64,000 nt of DNA from Clostridia bacterium (GTDB lineage: Bacteria; Bacillota; Clostridia; TANB77; CAG-508). This document shows, in pieces, positions 39,873 to 49,864 of the stretch. The translations under genes were made by a program, and so were the position numbers. A model generated the notes under the pieces. The model saw nothing but the letters and a program-made list of their open reading frames with translations, was not told the DNA's origin and did not search any database. Numbering within the stretch: position 1 is the first letter of the stretch; each line of letters opens with the position of its first letter. The stretch is from NCBI GenBank assembly GCA_045531335.1, contig JAZSDU010000007.1:5486-69485 (forward strand), written 5' to 3'.

Positions 39873-40397
39873 GTGAAAATAATGTGTATATCAGATATTC
39901 ATGGAAACATCGAATGTTTAAATAAAGCAATAGAAAGATATAGAGAAGAAAATGCAGAAAAGCTAGTCATACTTGGAGACTTTTCGGGTTATTATTTTTC
40001 TTCAAGTGATTTTGAAGTAGCAGAAATATTAAACAATATGGCGGGAGCAATTGTTGCAGTTAAAGGTAATTGCGATAGTTCTGAAGCAGATGGATTGTTT
40101 AATTTCGAGTTAGGATATTTAAAAACAATAGATGTTAATGATTTAAAAGTAACATTAACACATGGACATATGTATAACAGAAATAATTTACCAGAGAATT
40201 GCGGAGATATCTTTTTATCAGGACATACACATGTAGGAAACATAGAAAAAATTAATGGAAAAATAATTGCAAATCCAGGATCAATTTCAAAACCAAGAGG
40301 TGGAACAAAGAAAAGTTATTTAACAATTTATGAAAATAACATAGAACTTAAATCTCTAGATGGTGAAATAATAAAAAAACTAAAATTTGTAGAGTAA
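39873..40397 (+). CDS. YfcE/MJ0936 family phosphoesterase
   Basis: ISDIHGN, LGDF, GNCD, THGH, SGHTH and NPGS motifs. GTG at 39873 after RBS aggagga. Confidence 0.8.
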   Translation: MKIMCISDIHGNIECLNKAIERYREENAEKLVILGDFSGYYFSSSDFEVAEILNNMAGAIVAVKGNCDSSEADGLFNFELGYLKTIDVNDLKVTLTHGHMYNRNNLPENCGDIFLSGHTHVGNIEKINGKIIANPGSISKPRGGTKKSYLTIYENNIELKSLDGEIIKKLKFVE

Positions 40398-40398
40398 A

Positions 40399-40440
40399 TG
40401 TAGGGGCGACTATCAGTCGTCCGTTCTTCGGAGAACTACT
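40399..40440 (+). repeat. REP-like unit with TCTTCGGAGAA extension
   Basis: ATGTAGGGGCGACTATCAGTCGTCCGTTCTTCGGAGAACTAC. Near-identical to 17684..17725. Confidence 0.8.
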
Positions 40441-40486
40441 TAAAATATTTAAGGTTATAGTTGTAGAAAAACATAAATGTAAAATA

Positions 40487-40516
40487 TTGACAGTTGTAAA
40501 TAAAATATTGTATAAT
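40487..40516 (+). promoter_or_regulatory. Sigma-A-like promoter of the toxIN-like operon
   Basis: TTGACA (40487..40492), 18-nt spacer, TATAAT (40511..40516). Confidence 0.6.
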
Positions 40517-40549
40517 GAATATACTAATAAAGATACTTTCAAGGTATCT

Positions 40550-40630
40550 AAAATGAGAGAGTTCCTGCTTTAGTGGAAGATTAAAAATGAGAGAGTTCCT
40601 GCTTTAGTGGAAGATTAAAAATGGGGGATT
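40550..40630 (+). ncRNA. toxI: ToxI-like antitoxin RNA: 2.2 tandem 34-nt repeats
   Basis: AAAATGAGAGAGTTCCTGCTTTAGTGGAAGATTA at 40550..40583 and 40584..40617, plus a partial third repeat. A hairpin/T-run attenuator follows, then toxN. Confidence 0.7.
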
Positions 40631-40675
40631 ACATTAGTAGTCCCTCTAATTTTTTGTACTAAGGAGAGATAATAT

Positions 40676-41167
40676 ATGGAAGTTGAATTAAAAATTAAAA
40701 ATGGTCATTTAATGGTTTATGAAGTTAATTCTGAATATAGAAAATATTTAGAACAATTTGAAACGAAAGTTTCACAAAAAGAAGGTAGAAAATTCTATGG
40801 AATTTTAATAAAAAAAGATGAACATGAATATTGTATTCCTTTTACATCAAAAGTGAAAAAAAGGAACTCTAAATTAACAATTAATATCAAGAACAAAAAT
40901 AGAGTTGTTGCACAATTATTATTAAACAATATGATTCCTGTTACGGTAGAACAAACAAAATTAGTAGAAATTGAAAAAGAAAAATATTCTGATTATTTAA
41001 AAAGTGAAATAGTCTATTTAACTAATAGAAAGGTTGTTAATGAAATAATAACAAAAGTTTCAAATGTTTTTGAAGTATTAGAAAATAAAAAACATATAGA
41101 CTATAATTTTTTTAAGTCTATATGTTGTGATTTTAATAAACTAGAGAAAATTTATAAAAATTATTAA
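40676..41167 (+). CDS. toxN: Type III toxin-antitoxin system ToxN/AbiQ family endoribonuclease toxin
   Basis: 163 aa: ...YEVNSEYRKYL...GRKFYGILIKKDEHEYCIPFTSKVKK...LLLNNMIPV... Confidence 0.8.
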   Translation: MEVELKIKNGHLMVYEVNSEYRKYLEQFETKVSQKEGRKFYGILIKKDEHEYCIPFTSKVKKRNSKLTINIKNKNRVVAQLLLNNMIPVTVEQTKLVEIEKEKYSDYLKSEIVYLTNRKVVNEIITKVSNVFEVLENKKHIDYNFFKSICCDFNKLEKIYKNY

Positions 41168-41751
41168 TCACGTTTCTTCAGTGTAGACCAAAGTATAATT
41201 GAAATTTGTGCAGGTATACCTAATATAAAAATTTGCCATAGGTTAAATTTTAAAAAACATAAATAGAAACATAACAATATTGACCACACGAAACAAGAAA
41301 TAATAAAATAGTTATTTCTTCTGTTCCCCCAGATGCTAGTAAAAATTAAAAATATAAGAAGTGAAAAAGGAATTCCTACAACAAATGCTTGCCACAAATA
41401 TATATTAGCGAACATAAGTCCAAAAGTAAAAACGATTGTAGCAATAATCCAAATTGGGCATGTTGCTAAAAGGGTAAGTGATACTTTATTGATTTTACTT
41501 TTTTTCTTCTTCTCAATTACTAGTGCTTTTTCATTATCTGTATGCTCGTTGATAATATAATCTACAGTAACTCCAAATAAATCTGCTATTTGTTTTAATA
41601 TTATAATATCAGGAACAGACTCAGCTCTTTCCCATTTTGATATTGCTTTATCTGAATAATTAAGTGCTTTTGCAAATTCTAATTGGGTTAATTTTTTTTG
41701 CTTTCTAAGTCTAGAAATATTAGAAGCGATAATTTGTTTCAAATCATTCAT
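41164..41751 (-). CDS. XRE-family HTH regulator fused to a multi-TM membrane domain
   Basis: MNDLKQIIASNISRLRKQKKLTQLEFAKALNYSDKAISKWERAESVPD, followed by 4-5 TM helices. Confidence 0.75.
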   Translation of the reverse strand: MNDLKQIIASNISRLRKQKKLTQLEFAKALNYSDKAISKWERAESVPDIIILKQIADLFGVTVDYIINEHTDNEKALVIEKKKKSKINKVSLTLLATCPIWIIATIVFTFGLMFANIYLWQAFVVGIPFSLLIFLIFTSIWGNRRNNYFIISCFVWSILLCFYLCFLKFNLWQIFILGIPAQISIILWSTLKKRD

Positions 41752-41911
41752 AAAACTGACTTTCCTCCATATTCTACTGACGGTAGAATCATACAATAAA
41801 TACTCTACTAGTATAACATAAAAACGTAGAGAAGGCAACTATCTAAGAAAACTTGAATTTTAATAGAAGTAATGCTAAACTAATAAAATCTAAAAAGAAA
41901 GTAGAGGAATA

Positions 41912-43660
41912 ATGATGAAAAAATTAAACAATGAAATTTATAAAGCTGATGAAATTAAAAATTTTAAGGAGTTAATAAATCGCAGTGCGGAAAAATATTC
42001 GAAAAATGTTGCGTATAAATTCAAAGTGAATTTAGGGAAAGATAATCAAAAGATAATAGAAAAAACCTATTCTCAAATAAAAGAAGAGATAGAATGCTTG
42101 GCAACATCACTTTTGAATATGGGGCTAGAAAATAAAAAAATAGCTGTAATAGGAAATAATAGATATGAATGGTGCGTTAGTTATTTAGCAATTACAACTT
42201 CGAATATGGTAGTTGTTCCATTAGATAAAATGTTACCAGAAAATGAAATTAAGAGTTTGATAGAAAGAAGTAAAGTTGATGCAGTAATATATGAAGATAA
42301 ATATAGTAATGTTTTCGAAGAAATAAAAAATCAAGAAAGTGGAACATTAAAATATTATATAAACATGGATTTGAAGAAAGATAAAGAAGAGGTATTATCT
42401 TTTGAAATGTTAATTAAAAATGGTAAGAAATTGTTAAAAGAAGGAAATGAAAAATATAATAATATAGAGATTGATAATGAGAAAATGAGTGTATTAATAT
42501 TTACATCAGGAACAACAAATACAGCAAAAGGAGTAATGTTATCACAAAAAAATATTACGTCTAATATAATGGGAATGGCGAAAATGTCTAAAATGTATCC
42601 AGATGATGTGTTATTATCTTTTTTACCACTTCACCATACATTTGAATGTACAATAACTTTCTTATATGGATTTTACAGTGGAGCAACAATAGCATTTTGT
42701 GATGGTTTGAAATATATTGCAAAGAATTTACAGGAATACAAAATTAGTGTTTTTGTTGCTGTACCATTGGTATTAGAAACAATGTATAAAAAAATACAAA
42801 AAGGAATTAAAGACCAAGGGAAAGAAAAACTAGTTAAAATTATGAGCAAAATTGCAAATTTTTTATTAAAATTCGGTATTGATATAAGAAGAAAAATATT
42901 TAAATCAGTACTAAATCAATTAGGAGGAAAGTTAAGAATAGCATATTTTGGAGCAGCTGCTATGGATAAAACTGTTATAGAAGGATATAACAATTTTGGT
43001 ATAGATACAGTACAAGGATATGGATTAACAGAAACATCTCCTTTAGTATCAGCAGAAACAGATAAAGAACATTGTCCTGGTAGTGTTGGAATGGCACCAT
43101 TTAACGTGCAAATTAAGTTAGATGATGTAAATGATAAAGGTATAGGTGAAATAGTTACAAAAGGACCTAATGTAATGCTTGGATATTATGAAGATGAAGA
43201 AGCAACAAAAGAAGTTTTAATAGATGGTTGGTTCCATACAGGAGATTTAGGATATTTTAATAAAGATGGATATTTATTTATAACAGGTAGAAAGAAAGAA
43301 GTTATAGTACTAAAAAATGGAGAAAATGTATTTCCTTCAGATATAGAATTTTTGATAAATAAGTTACCATATGTTCAAGAAAGTATATTATTCCCAAGAG
43401 AAAATGCAAAAGGTGAAATTGCATTAGGAATAAAAATTGTTTATGATGAGGATGAAATAAAAGAACACTTTGGAAATAAAGCAGAAGACGAATATAAAGA
43501 CTTAATTTGGGAAGATATAAAACAAATAAATCAAAGTTTATCTCAATTTAAAAGGATAAAAGAACTTATAATAACAACAGAAGAATTACAAAAAACAACT
43601 ACAAAAAAAGTAAAAAGATTTAAAGAAATTGAAAAAATACTTGAAAAAAATATTATATAA
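41912..43660 (+). CDS. Long-chain-fatty-acid--CoA ligase (AMP-binding enzyme)
   Basis: FTSGTTNTAKGVMLSQKN AMP-binding motif, GYGLTETSP, GWFHTGDLG. Confidence 0.85.
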   Translation: MMKKLNNEIYKADEIKNFKELINRSAEKYSKNVAYKFKVNLGKDNQKIIEKTYSQIKEEIECLATSLLNMGLENKKIAVIGNNRYEWCVSYLAITTSNMVVVPLDKMLPENEIKSLIERSKVDAVIYEDKYSNVFEEIKNQESGTLKYYINMDLKKDKEEVLSFEMLIKNGKKLLKEGNEKYNNIEIDNEKMSVLIFTSGTTNTAKGVMLSQKNITSNIMGMAKMSKMYPDDVLLSFLPLHHTFECTITFLYGFYSGATIAFCDGLKYIAKNLQEYKISVFVAVPLVLETMYKKIQKGIKDQGKEKLVKIMSKIANFLLKFGIDIRRKIFKSVLNQLGGKLRIAYFGAAAMDKTVIEGYNNFGIDTVQGYGLTETSPLVSAETDKEHCPGSVGMAPFNVQIKLDDVNDKGIGEIVTKGPNVMLGYYEDEEATKEVLIDGWFHTGDLGYFNKDGYLFITGRKKEVIVLKNGENVFPSDIEFLINKLPYVQESILFPRENAKGEIALGIKIVYDEDEIKEHFGNKAEDEYKDLIWEDIKQINQSLSQFKRIKELIITTEELQKTTTKKVKRFKEIEKILEKNII

Positions 43661-44040
43661 GAAAGGCATTTCGCTAAGTTAATTCTTCGAAGAATATGCG
43701 AAATACATGCCACGAGCTAAAGCTCGGGCGTATTAAGGTAGCCTAACCTTGTTGTATACGGAAAAATCTTAAATTGAGTCAAAATAAAAGTCGATTTTTC
43801 CTATACAATAAAAAGCAAGAGCAAGTCTTTTAGTACTTGCTCTTACCATATAATCTATGTAGAAAATTCAACACATAGATAAAGCTTAATATAATTATAC
43901 CATACATTATGTAAAATAGCAAATTTTTAAGAAATCGCTATGAACAAATTCTTGAAAATTAGGAAATAATTTTAAAAAAGCCTTTTCATTTTATAAGCAT
44001 ATATGATACAATATGAGTGATTTTAAAGGAGTGTGTTAAA

Positions 44041-44745
44041 ATGGATATAGCATATAAAAGAATATTGCTAAAATTAAGTGGAGAAGCACTAGCAGGTGAA
44101 AAGAAAACAGGAGTAGATGGACCAACAGTAGCTAAAATATGTGACAAAATAAAAGAAGTAGTAGACATGGGAGTAGAAGTATCCATAGTAGTAGGTGGAG
44201 GAAATTTCTGGAGAGGAAGAAATGGACATGAAATGGAAAGAACTACATCTGATTACATGGGAATGCTTGCAACTACTATAAATGGCCTTGCTCTTCAAGA
44301 TGCATTAGAATCAAGAGGAATATTTACAAGACTTCAAACTGCGATAGAAATGAGAGAAATTGCAGAACCATATATAAAAAGAAAAGCAATAAAACATTTA
44401 GAAAGAGGAAGAGTAGTAATATTTGCATGTGGTACAGGTAATCCATATTTTTCAACAGATACAGGAGCGGCTTTAAGAGCAGCAGAAACAGATTCAGAAG
44501 TTATTTTACTTGCAAAAACTATAGATGGCGTATATTCTGCAGATCCAAAAACAGATATAAATGCAGTAAAATTTGACGAAATATCATATTTAGATATATT
44601 AAATAGAGATTTAAAAGTAATGGATTCAACAGCAACATCACTTTGTAGAGATAACAAAATACCACTAGTAGTATTTGGAATAGATGACCCGGAAAATATA
44701 GTGAGAATTGTTAAAGGCGAAAAAATCGGAACAATCGTAAAGTAA
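44041..44745 (+). CDS. pyrH: UMP kinase
   Basis: [13 protein letters not shown]...[10 protein letters not shown]... Confidence 0.95.
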   Translation: MDIAYKRILLKLSGEALAGEKKTGVDGPTVAKICDKIKEVVDMGVEVSIVVGGGNFWRGRNGHEMERTTSDYMGMLATTINGLALQDALESRGIFTRLQTAIEMREIAEPYIKRKAIKHLERGRVVIFACGTGNPYFSTDTGAALRAAETDSEVILLAKTIDGVYSADPKTDINAVKFDEISYLDILNRDLKVMDSTATSLCRDNKIPLVVFGIDDPENIVRIVKGEKIGTIVK

Positions 44746-44749
44746 ACAA

Positions 44750-44866
44750 ATGAAAAGCAGCATCTTGCGTTGTTAAAATTATAATAAAAATCCTCAACGT
44801 GCAACAGCACGCTCCGGTATTTTATTATAATTTTGCCTAGCAATATACTACTTTTGATTTGTTTAA
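44750..44866. repeat. MITE-like palindromic element, copy 2
   Basis: AACAAATGAAAAGCAGCATCTTGC ... CGTGCaacaGCACG ... CAATATACTACTTTTGATTTGTT. Arms differ from copy 1 but stay self-complementary. Confidence 0.7.
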
Positions 44867-44910
44867 TGAATCATAAAATTAAAAATATATAAATAGAAAG
44901 AGGTAAGATT

Positions 44911-45459
44911 ATGGATTTTAAACATATTGAAGAAAAAATGAATAAAACAATAAGTGTTTTACAAGAAAATTTTGCAGAAGTAAGAGCAGGTAGAGCAAAT
45001 CCTGCAATATTAAATAAAATAAAAGTAGACTATTATGGAACACCAACACCAATAAACCAAGTTGCTGGTATTTCTGTTCCTGAAGCTAGACTAATAGTTA
45101 TACAACCTTGGGATGCTAGTCTATTAAAAGAAATAGAAAAAGAAATATTAAAAGCAGAAATAGGAATTAATCCAAATAATGATGGAAAAGTAATAAGACT
45201 TGCTTTCCCAGAATTAAATGAAGAAAGAAGAAAAGAAATAGTAAAAGATATTAAAAAAATGGCTGAGGAATCTAAAGTATCAATTCGTTCTGTAAGAAGA
45301 GAAGGAATTGATGAAGCTAAAAAAATGCAAAAAGATAGTGAAATAACAGAAGATGAATTAAAATCAGCAGAAGATCAAATTCAAAAATTAACAGACAGCA
45401 AAATTGCTGAAATAGATAAAGTATTAGCAGAAAAAGAAAAAGAAGTTATGAGCGTGTAA
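44911..45459 (+). CDS. frr: Ribosome recycling factor
   Basis: 182 aa, full-length RRF. Confidence 0.95.
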   Translation: MDFKHIEEKMNKTISVLQENFAEVRAGRANPAILNKIKVDYYGTPTPINQVAGISVPEARLIVIQPWDASLLKEIEKEILKAEIGINPNNDGKVIRLAFPELNEERRKEIVKDIKKMAEESKVSIRSVRREGIDEAKKMQKDSEITEDELKSAEDQIQKLTDSKIAEIDKVLAEKEKEVMSV

Positions 45460-45578
45460 ATATATTACCAAAGAAAATTAAACAAAAGATAAAACAAATA
45501 GAATATAAAACATAACAAAAGTGCTTTTGTTTATAATAAAAGCACTTTTATTATATTTAGAAAAAAGGGGAGATAACA

Positions 45579-46202
45579 ATGGAGGAAAACAAAAAAGAAA
45601 AGAAACAAATTAAAATAAGTTTAGGAACTGCAATTTGTATGGTTATAATAGAAATTTTGTCAGTAGTTCTAGTGGGTATAATTGTATATTGTGATTATAA
45701 AATAGATAAAATGAAAGAGAGTTACAAAGAAAAGGTTTTTATAGAAAATAAAACAATAGACAAAGTAGATAATATTGCAGATGAAGACAAAAAAACAGAA
45801 AATGAAACAAAACAAAATACAGAAGAAAATAACAAAGCAGAAATAAGTAAAATGTATATAGGAAAATGGAATTCACAATATGCAGTTGACTTACAAGGAG
45901 AAAAAGTAGATTTAAGTAATTTGCTTGGAAGTGGGTATGTTAGTTACGGAAGTAAATTAATATTAAACGAAGATGGAACATTTGTGAATGAAATACAACC
46001 AATACAGTCAAATGAGTTTTCAAATACAGGAACATGGGAATATAAAGAAAATTTAGAGTTTTCAGAAATGATAGGAGTAGGGGTTATATTAAAATATACA
46101 GATGGAAGAGAAGAAAAATTACAGATTTGGGCTAGTGGAGAAGCAGATGCATTATTGTTCTACCAATATGATGAAGAAAATCAAATTCATTTAATGAAAT
46201 AA
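45579..46202 (+). CDS. Hypothetical membrane-anchored protein
   Basis: 207 aa with one N-terminal TM helix. No family recognised. Confidence 0.4.
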   Translation: MEENKKEKKQIKISLGTAICMVIIEILSVVLVGIIVYCDYKIDKMKESYKEKVFIENKTIDKVDNIADEDKKTENETKQNTEENNKAEISKMYIGKWNSQYAVDLQGEKVDLSNLLGSGYVSYGSKLILNEDGTFVNEIQPIQSNEFSNTGTWEYKENLEFSEMIGVGVILKYTDGREEKLQIWASGEADALLFYQYDEENQIHLMK

Positions 46203-46305
46203 TATAATAAAAAGCTTTTTGAAATTTATTTTCAAAAAGCTTTCATTTTTTTTATATATTATGATAGAATAGTAAAGAAAAATATATAAAGAAAGGTAAT
46301 TAAAA

Positions 46306-47025
46306 ATGGAAAATATAGATAAAAATAATTTACCCAAACATATAGCAATAATAATGGATGGAAATAGAAGATGGGCAAAATTGAGAGAACTTGCAACAAG
46401 AGATGGACACAAAGCTGGAGCAGATGCGCTTGAGAACATATCAAAGTTTTGCAATAAAATAGGAATTAAGTATTTAACTGTTTATGCTTTTTCTACAGAA
46501 AATTGGAAAAGAAGTAAAGAAGAAATATCAGCATTGATGGCAATACTAAGAGTATATATTAATTCATTCTTAAAAGAAAAAGATAAACAAAATATAAGAT
46601 TAAAAGTATTAGGAGATATATCTGATTTATCAAAAGGATTACAAAAATCTATAAATAAAGCAATTGAAACAACAAAAGATAATACTGGACTTACATTAAA
46701 TATAGCATTTAACTATGGAGGAAGACCAGAATTAGTAAGAGCAATGAAAAATATTGCTTTAGAAATAAAAGAAAATAAAATTAATATAGAAGATATAAAT
46801 GAAGAACTTATATCTAATCATTTATATACAGCAGGTCAACCTGATCCTGATTTGTTAATAAGAACAAGCAAAGAACTTAGAACAAGTAATTTCTTACCAT
46901 GGCAATTAGTATATACAGAATTTTATTTTCCAGACAAACACTGGCCTGAATTCGGAGAAAAAGATTTATTAGAAGCAATAAGAGTATATCAAAAAAGAAA
47001 CAGAAGATTTGGAGGACGACCATAA
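46306..47025 (+). CDS. uppS: Isoprenyl transferase (undecaprenyl diphosphate synthase)
   Basis: HIAIIMDGNRRWA...FSTENWKR... Confidence 0.93.
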   Translation: MENIDKNNLPKHIAIIMDGNRRWAKLRELATRDGHKAGADALENISKFCNKIGIKYLTVYAFSTENWKRSKEEISALMAILRVYINSFLKEKDKQNIRLKVLGDISDLSKGLQKSINKAIETTKDNTGLTLNIAFNYGGRPELVRAMKNIALEIKENKINIEDINEELISNHLYTAGQPDPDLLIRTSKELRTSNFLPWQLVYTEFYFPDKHWPEFGEKDLLEAIRVYQKRNRRFGGRP

Positions 47026-47085
47026 TGTGAAGCAAGCAAAGCTTGCTTCAGTGAAGAGTGAATAGTGAAGAGTGAAGAATGAGAG

Positions 47086-47114
47086 TTGTAGGGGCGAACT
47101 TTGTTCGCCCGCAA
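47086..47114 (+). repeat. REP-like unit, preceded by GTGAAGAGTGAA short tandem repeats
   Basis: TTGTAGGGGCGAACtttGTTCGCCCGCAA. Confidence 0.85.
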
Positions 47115-47140
47115 AATAAATAAACCAGAAAGGACAAAAT

Positions 47141-47944
47141 ATGAAACTTAAGAGAATTTTATCAGGTCTAATAGGACTACCAATTGTAGCATTAATTTTA
47201 ATCTATGGAAATATATATGTAATAGATGTATTGTTTGCACTTGTTGCACTTATTGCGATACATGAATATTTTAATAGTTTTAAAGAAAAACATAAACCAG
47301 TAAAATGGCTTGGATATGTGTCATGTATATTAATTGCATTTTTACATATAATTCCTGAAGAATACTATTTATATACTTTGGGATTATCAATATGCATAAG
47401 TATTGCAGTTTTATTCATGCAAGTAGTTTTTAGTAATATGAAAACAACAGTTCAAGATATAATGATAACATTTTTCGGAATGTGTTATGTAATACTTTTC
47501 TTATCATTTATTCCTCTGTTATATGGAATAGAAAATGGGAAATATTTAATTTGGTTTATTTTAGTTGCAGCCTGGGGAACAGATACATGTGCATATTTTG
47601 TAGGATGTAAATTTGGAAAGCATAAATTCAGCCAAATTAGTCCAAAAAAATCAATAGAAGGTTGCATTGGAGGAACAGTAGGTTCAATAGTACTTGCTTT
47701 AACATATGCATTTGCTTTGAATAAAATAGTAGGATTAGAAATATCATACATATATATAGCATTAATAGGATTTGCTTTAAGTATCTTAAGTCAGATAGGA
47801 GATTTGTCTGCATCTAGCATAAAAAGAACAATGGGAATAAAAGATTTTGGAAATTTAATTCCAGGACATGGAGGTATGCTAGATAGAATAGATAGCATAA
47901 TATTTATAGCACCATTTGCGTATTTCTTATTAACATTAATTTAA
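47141..47944 (+). CDS. cdsA: Phosphatidate cytidylyltransferase
   Basis: Multi-TM ORF. C-terminus is SSIKRTMGIKDFGNLIPGHGGMLDRIDS. Confidence 0.9.
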   Translation: MKLKRILSGLIGLPIVALILIYGNIYVIDVLFALVALIAIHEYFNSFKEKHKPVKWLGYVSCILIAFLHIIPEEYYLYTLGLSICISIAVLFMQVVFSNMKTTVQDIMITFFGMCYVILFLSFIPLLYGIENGKYLIWFILVAAWGTDTCAYFVGCKFGKHKFSQISPKKSIEGCIGGTVGSIVLALTYAFALNKIVGLEISYIYIALIGFALSILSQIGDLSASSIKRTMGIKDFGNLIPGHGGMLDRIDSIIFIAPFAYFLLTLI

Positions 47945-47991
47945 GAATAAACCAATTAAGTATAAAAGATGAAATTAAGGAGTAAATACTA

Positions 47992-48447
47992 ATGAAGCAA
48001 GAGATACGAAAAGTTAAATATAATAATACTGATTATTTAGAATTATGCGAAGAATTAAACAATCATATTGATAAAGTTGTTGCAGAGCAACGTAAACGTA
48101 ATGCTAATTGTTTAGAAGGGTTAGAAAGATTTAATAATGTATATATAATGTATATTGCAGATAAAATTGCTGGCTGTGTGGCCTTTTCTGATGTTGAGCA
48201 TGACGTAATTAAAGTAGAAAATGTTTTTGTAAAGGAAGAATATAGAAGTAGTGGAGTCGCAACAAAATTATTTGAAAATTTAGAAAATGTAGCAAAAGGC
48301 AAAGGGGCAAAAAGTTTAATTTTAGATACTTATGAAAGACTAGAAAGTGCTGTGAAGTTATATAAAAAAATGGGATTCAAGATAGTACCACAATTTGAGG
48401 AACTTAAAAATTCACCATATTCATTATGTATGCAAAAAGATTTATAG
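47992..48447 (+). CDS. GNAT family N-acetyltransferase
   Basis: VFVKEEYRSSGVATKLF...LYKKMGF motif A/B pattern. Confidence 0.75.
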   Translation: MKQEIRKVKYNNTDYLELCEELNNHIDKVVAEQRKRNANCLEGLERFNNVYIMYIADKIAGCVAFSDVEHDVIKVENVFVKEEYRSSGVATKLFENLENVAKGKGAKSLILDTYERLESAVKLYKKMGFKIVPQFEELKNSPYSLCMQKDL

Positions 48448-48486
48448 AATAACAGTAAAAATGCGAGTTTTGAAAGGAGAAAAGCA

Positions 48487-49752
48487 TTGATTTCATTTTT
48501 AATAAGCGCAATAAAAATAATATTTTTATTAGGTTTTTTGATATTTATACATGAAAGTGGCCATTTTCTAATTGCTAAGGCTTGTAAGATTAAAGTAAAA
48601 GAGTTTGCAATAGGATTTGGTCCTACAATTTGGAAAAAACAAGGCAAAGAAACAAAATATGCTTTAAGATTGATTCCTTTAGGTGGATTTGTTAATATGC
48701 TTGGAGAAGAAGTACGTTCTGAAGAAGAAGGTTCTTTTAGTAAAACAAGTATACCTAAAAGAATATCAGTTGTTTTAGCAGGAGGTTTAGTTAATATAGT
48801 ATTTGGACTTCTAGTGTATTTTGTATTAGTTTCATCTACTGGTAATTATATAAGTACAACAATTGATACAGTTGTTCCAAATTATGCAGCAGAAGAAGCA
48901 GGTATCAATCAAAATGACCAAATTTTAGAAATAGATGGAAAAAAAGTCAGATTAAGAAGCGACATAGATAAGAGTATGCAAAATTCTAATGGAGAACCTA
49001 TAACACTTAAAATAAAAAGAGATAATGAAATAAAAGATATAGAAATAATTCCAACAGTAGAAGAGATAAGAGCAATTGGAATATATCTTGGAACAGAAGA
49101 AAATGACTTATCAGGAGAAATAAAAAGTATATATCAAGATTCACCGGCTGAAAAAGCAGGAATCATGGCAGGTGATAAAATATTAAGTATAAATGATATA
49201 GAAATAGAAGGAGATCCATATAAAATAGTAAATTTGATTTCTGAAAGTGAAACTACTGAGTTGATAATAAAAATTGAGAGAAATAATGAAGTTATAGAAT
49301 TTAATGTTATACCACAAGTTCAAAAATCATACAAAATAGGAGTAACATTTAAAACAGCAGAAAATAGTTTTACAAATAATATATATTATGGTTTTTGGGA
49401 CACGATAGATTTTTCTGTATCTATAATGGATAATTTGAAAATGATGATTACTGGAAATGTTAGTGCTGATCAACTGATGGGACCAGTTGGAATATCTGAA
49501 GTGGTTTCAAAAACACAAGGGATAGTAGAATTTGTATATATGTTAGCACTTATATCATTATCACTTGGAGTAACAAACTTACTTCCATTTCCACCATTAG
49601 ATGGAGGGAAAGTAGTAATTTTATTAGTAGAAGGAATTAGAAGAAAACCTTTAAAAGAAAATGTAGAAATAGCAATACAAATGGCAGGATTTTTCTTGCT
49701 AATTGGATTATCAATATTTGTAACATATAACGATATTTTGAGAATATTTTAA
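48487..49752 (+). CDS. rseP: RIP metalloprotease RseP/RasP (site-2 protease)
   Basis: HESGHFLIAK zinc motif, PDZ domains, NLLPFPPLDGG. TTG start. Confidence 0.88.
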   Translation: MISFLISAIKIIFLLGFLIFIHESGHFLIAKACKIKVKEFAIGFGPTIWKKQGKETKYALRLIPLGGFVNMLGEEVRSEEEGSFSKTSIPKRISVVLAGGLVNIVFGLLVYFVLVSSTGNYISTTIDTVVPNYAAEEAGINQNDQILEIDGKKVRLRSDIDKSMQNSNGEPITLKIKRDNEIKDIEIIPTVEEIRAIGIYLGTEENDLSGEIKSIYQDSPAEKAGIMAGDKILSINDIEIEGDPYKIVNLISESETTELIIKIERNNEVIEFNVIPQVQKSYKIGVTFKTAENSFTNNIYYGFWDTIDFSVSIMDNLKMMITGNVSADQLMGPVGISEVVSKTQGIVEFVYMLALISLSLGVTNLLPFPPLDGGKVVILLVEGIRRKPLKENVEIAIQMAGFFLLIGLSIFVTYNDILRIF

Positions 49753-49755
49753 ATG

Positions 49756-49820
49756 ATGTAGGGGCGAACTGCGTTCGCCTACCTTCGAAGAACGGGAGAA
49801 CAAAGTTCTCCCCTACAAAT
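49756..49820. repeat. REP-like pair (forward 49756..49782, inverted 49792..49820) bridged by CTTCGAAGAA
   Basis: ATGTAGGGGCGAACtgcGTTCGCCTAC cttcgaaga ACGGGAGAACaaaGTTCTCCCCTACAAAT. Confidence 0.85.
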
Positions 49821-49864
49821 TGTTTAATTGAACAAATCAACAATTTCAGGAGAGGAAGAAACAA

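Noticed and set aside
40550-40630. Short CRISPR array
   Set aside because: The 34-nt repeats are directly contiguous with no spacers, there are only about 2 copies, and they are immediately followed by a ToxN/AbiQ toxin gene. This fits a ToxI-type antitoxin RNA.
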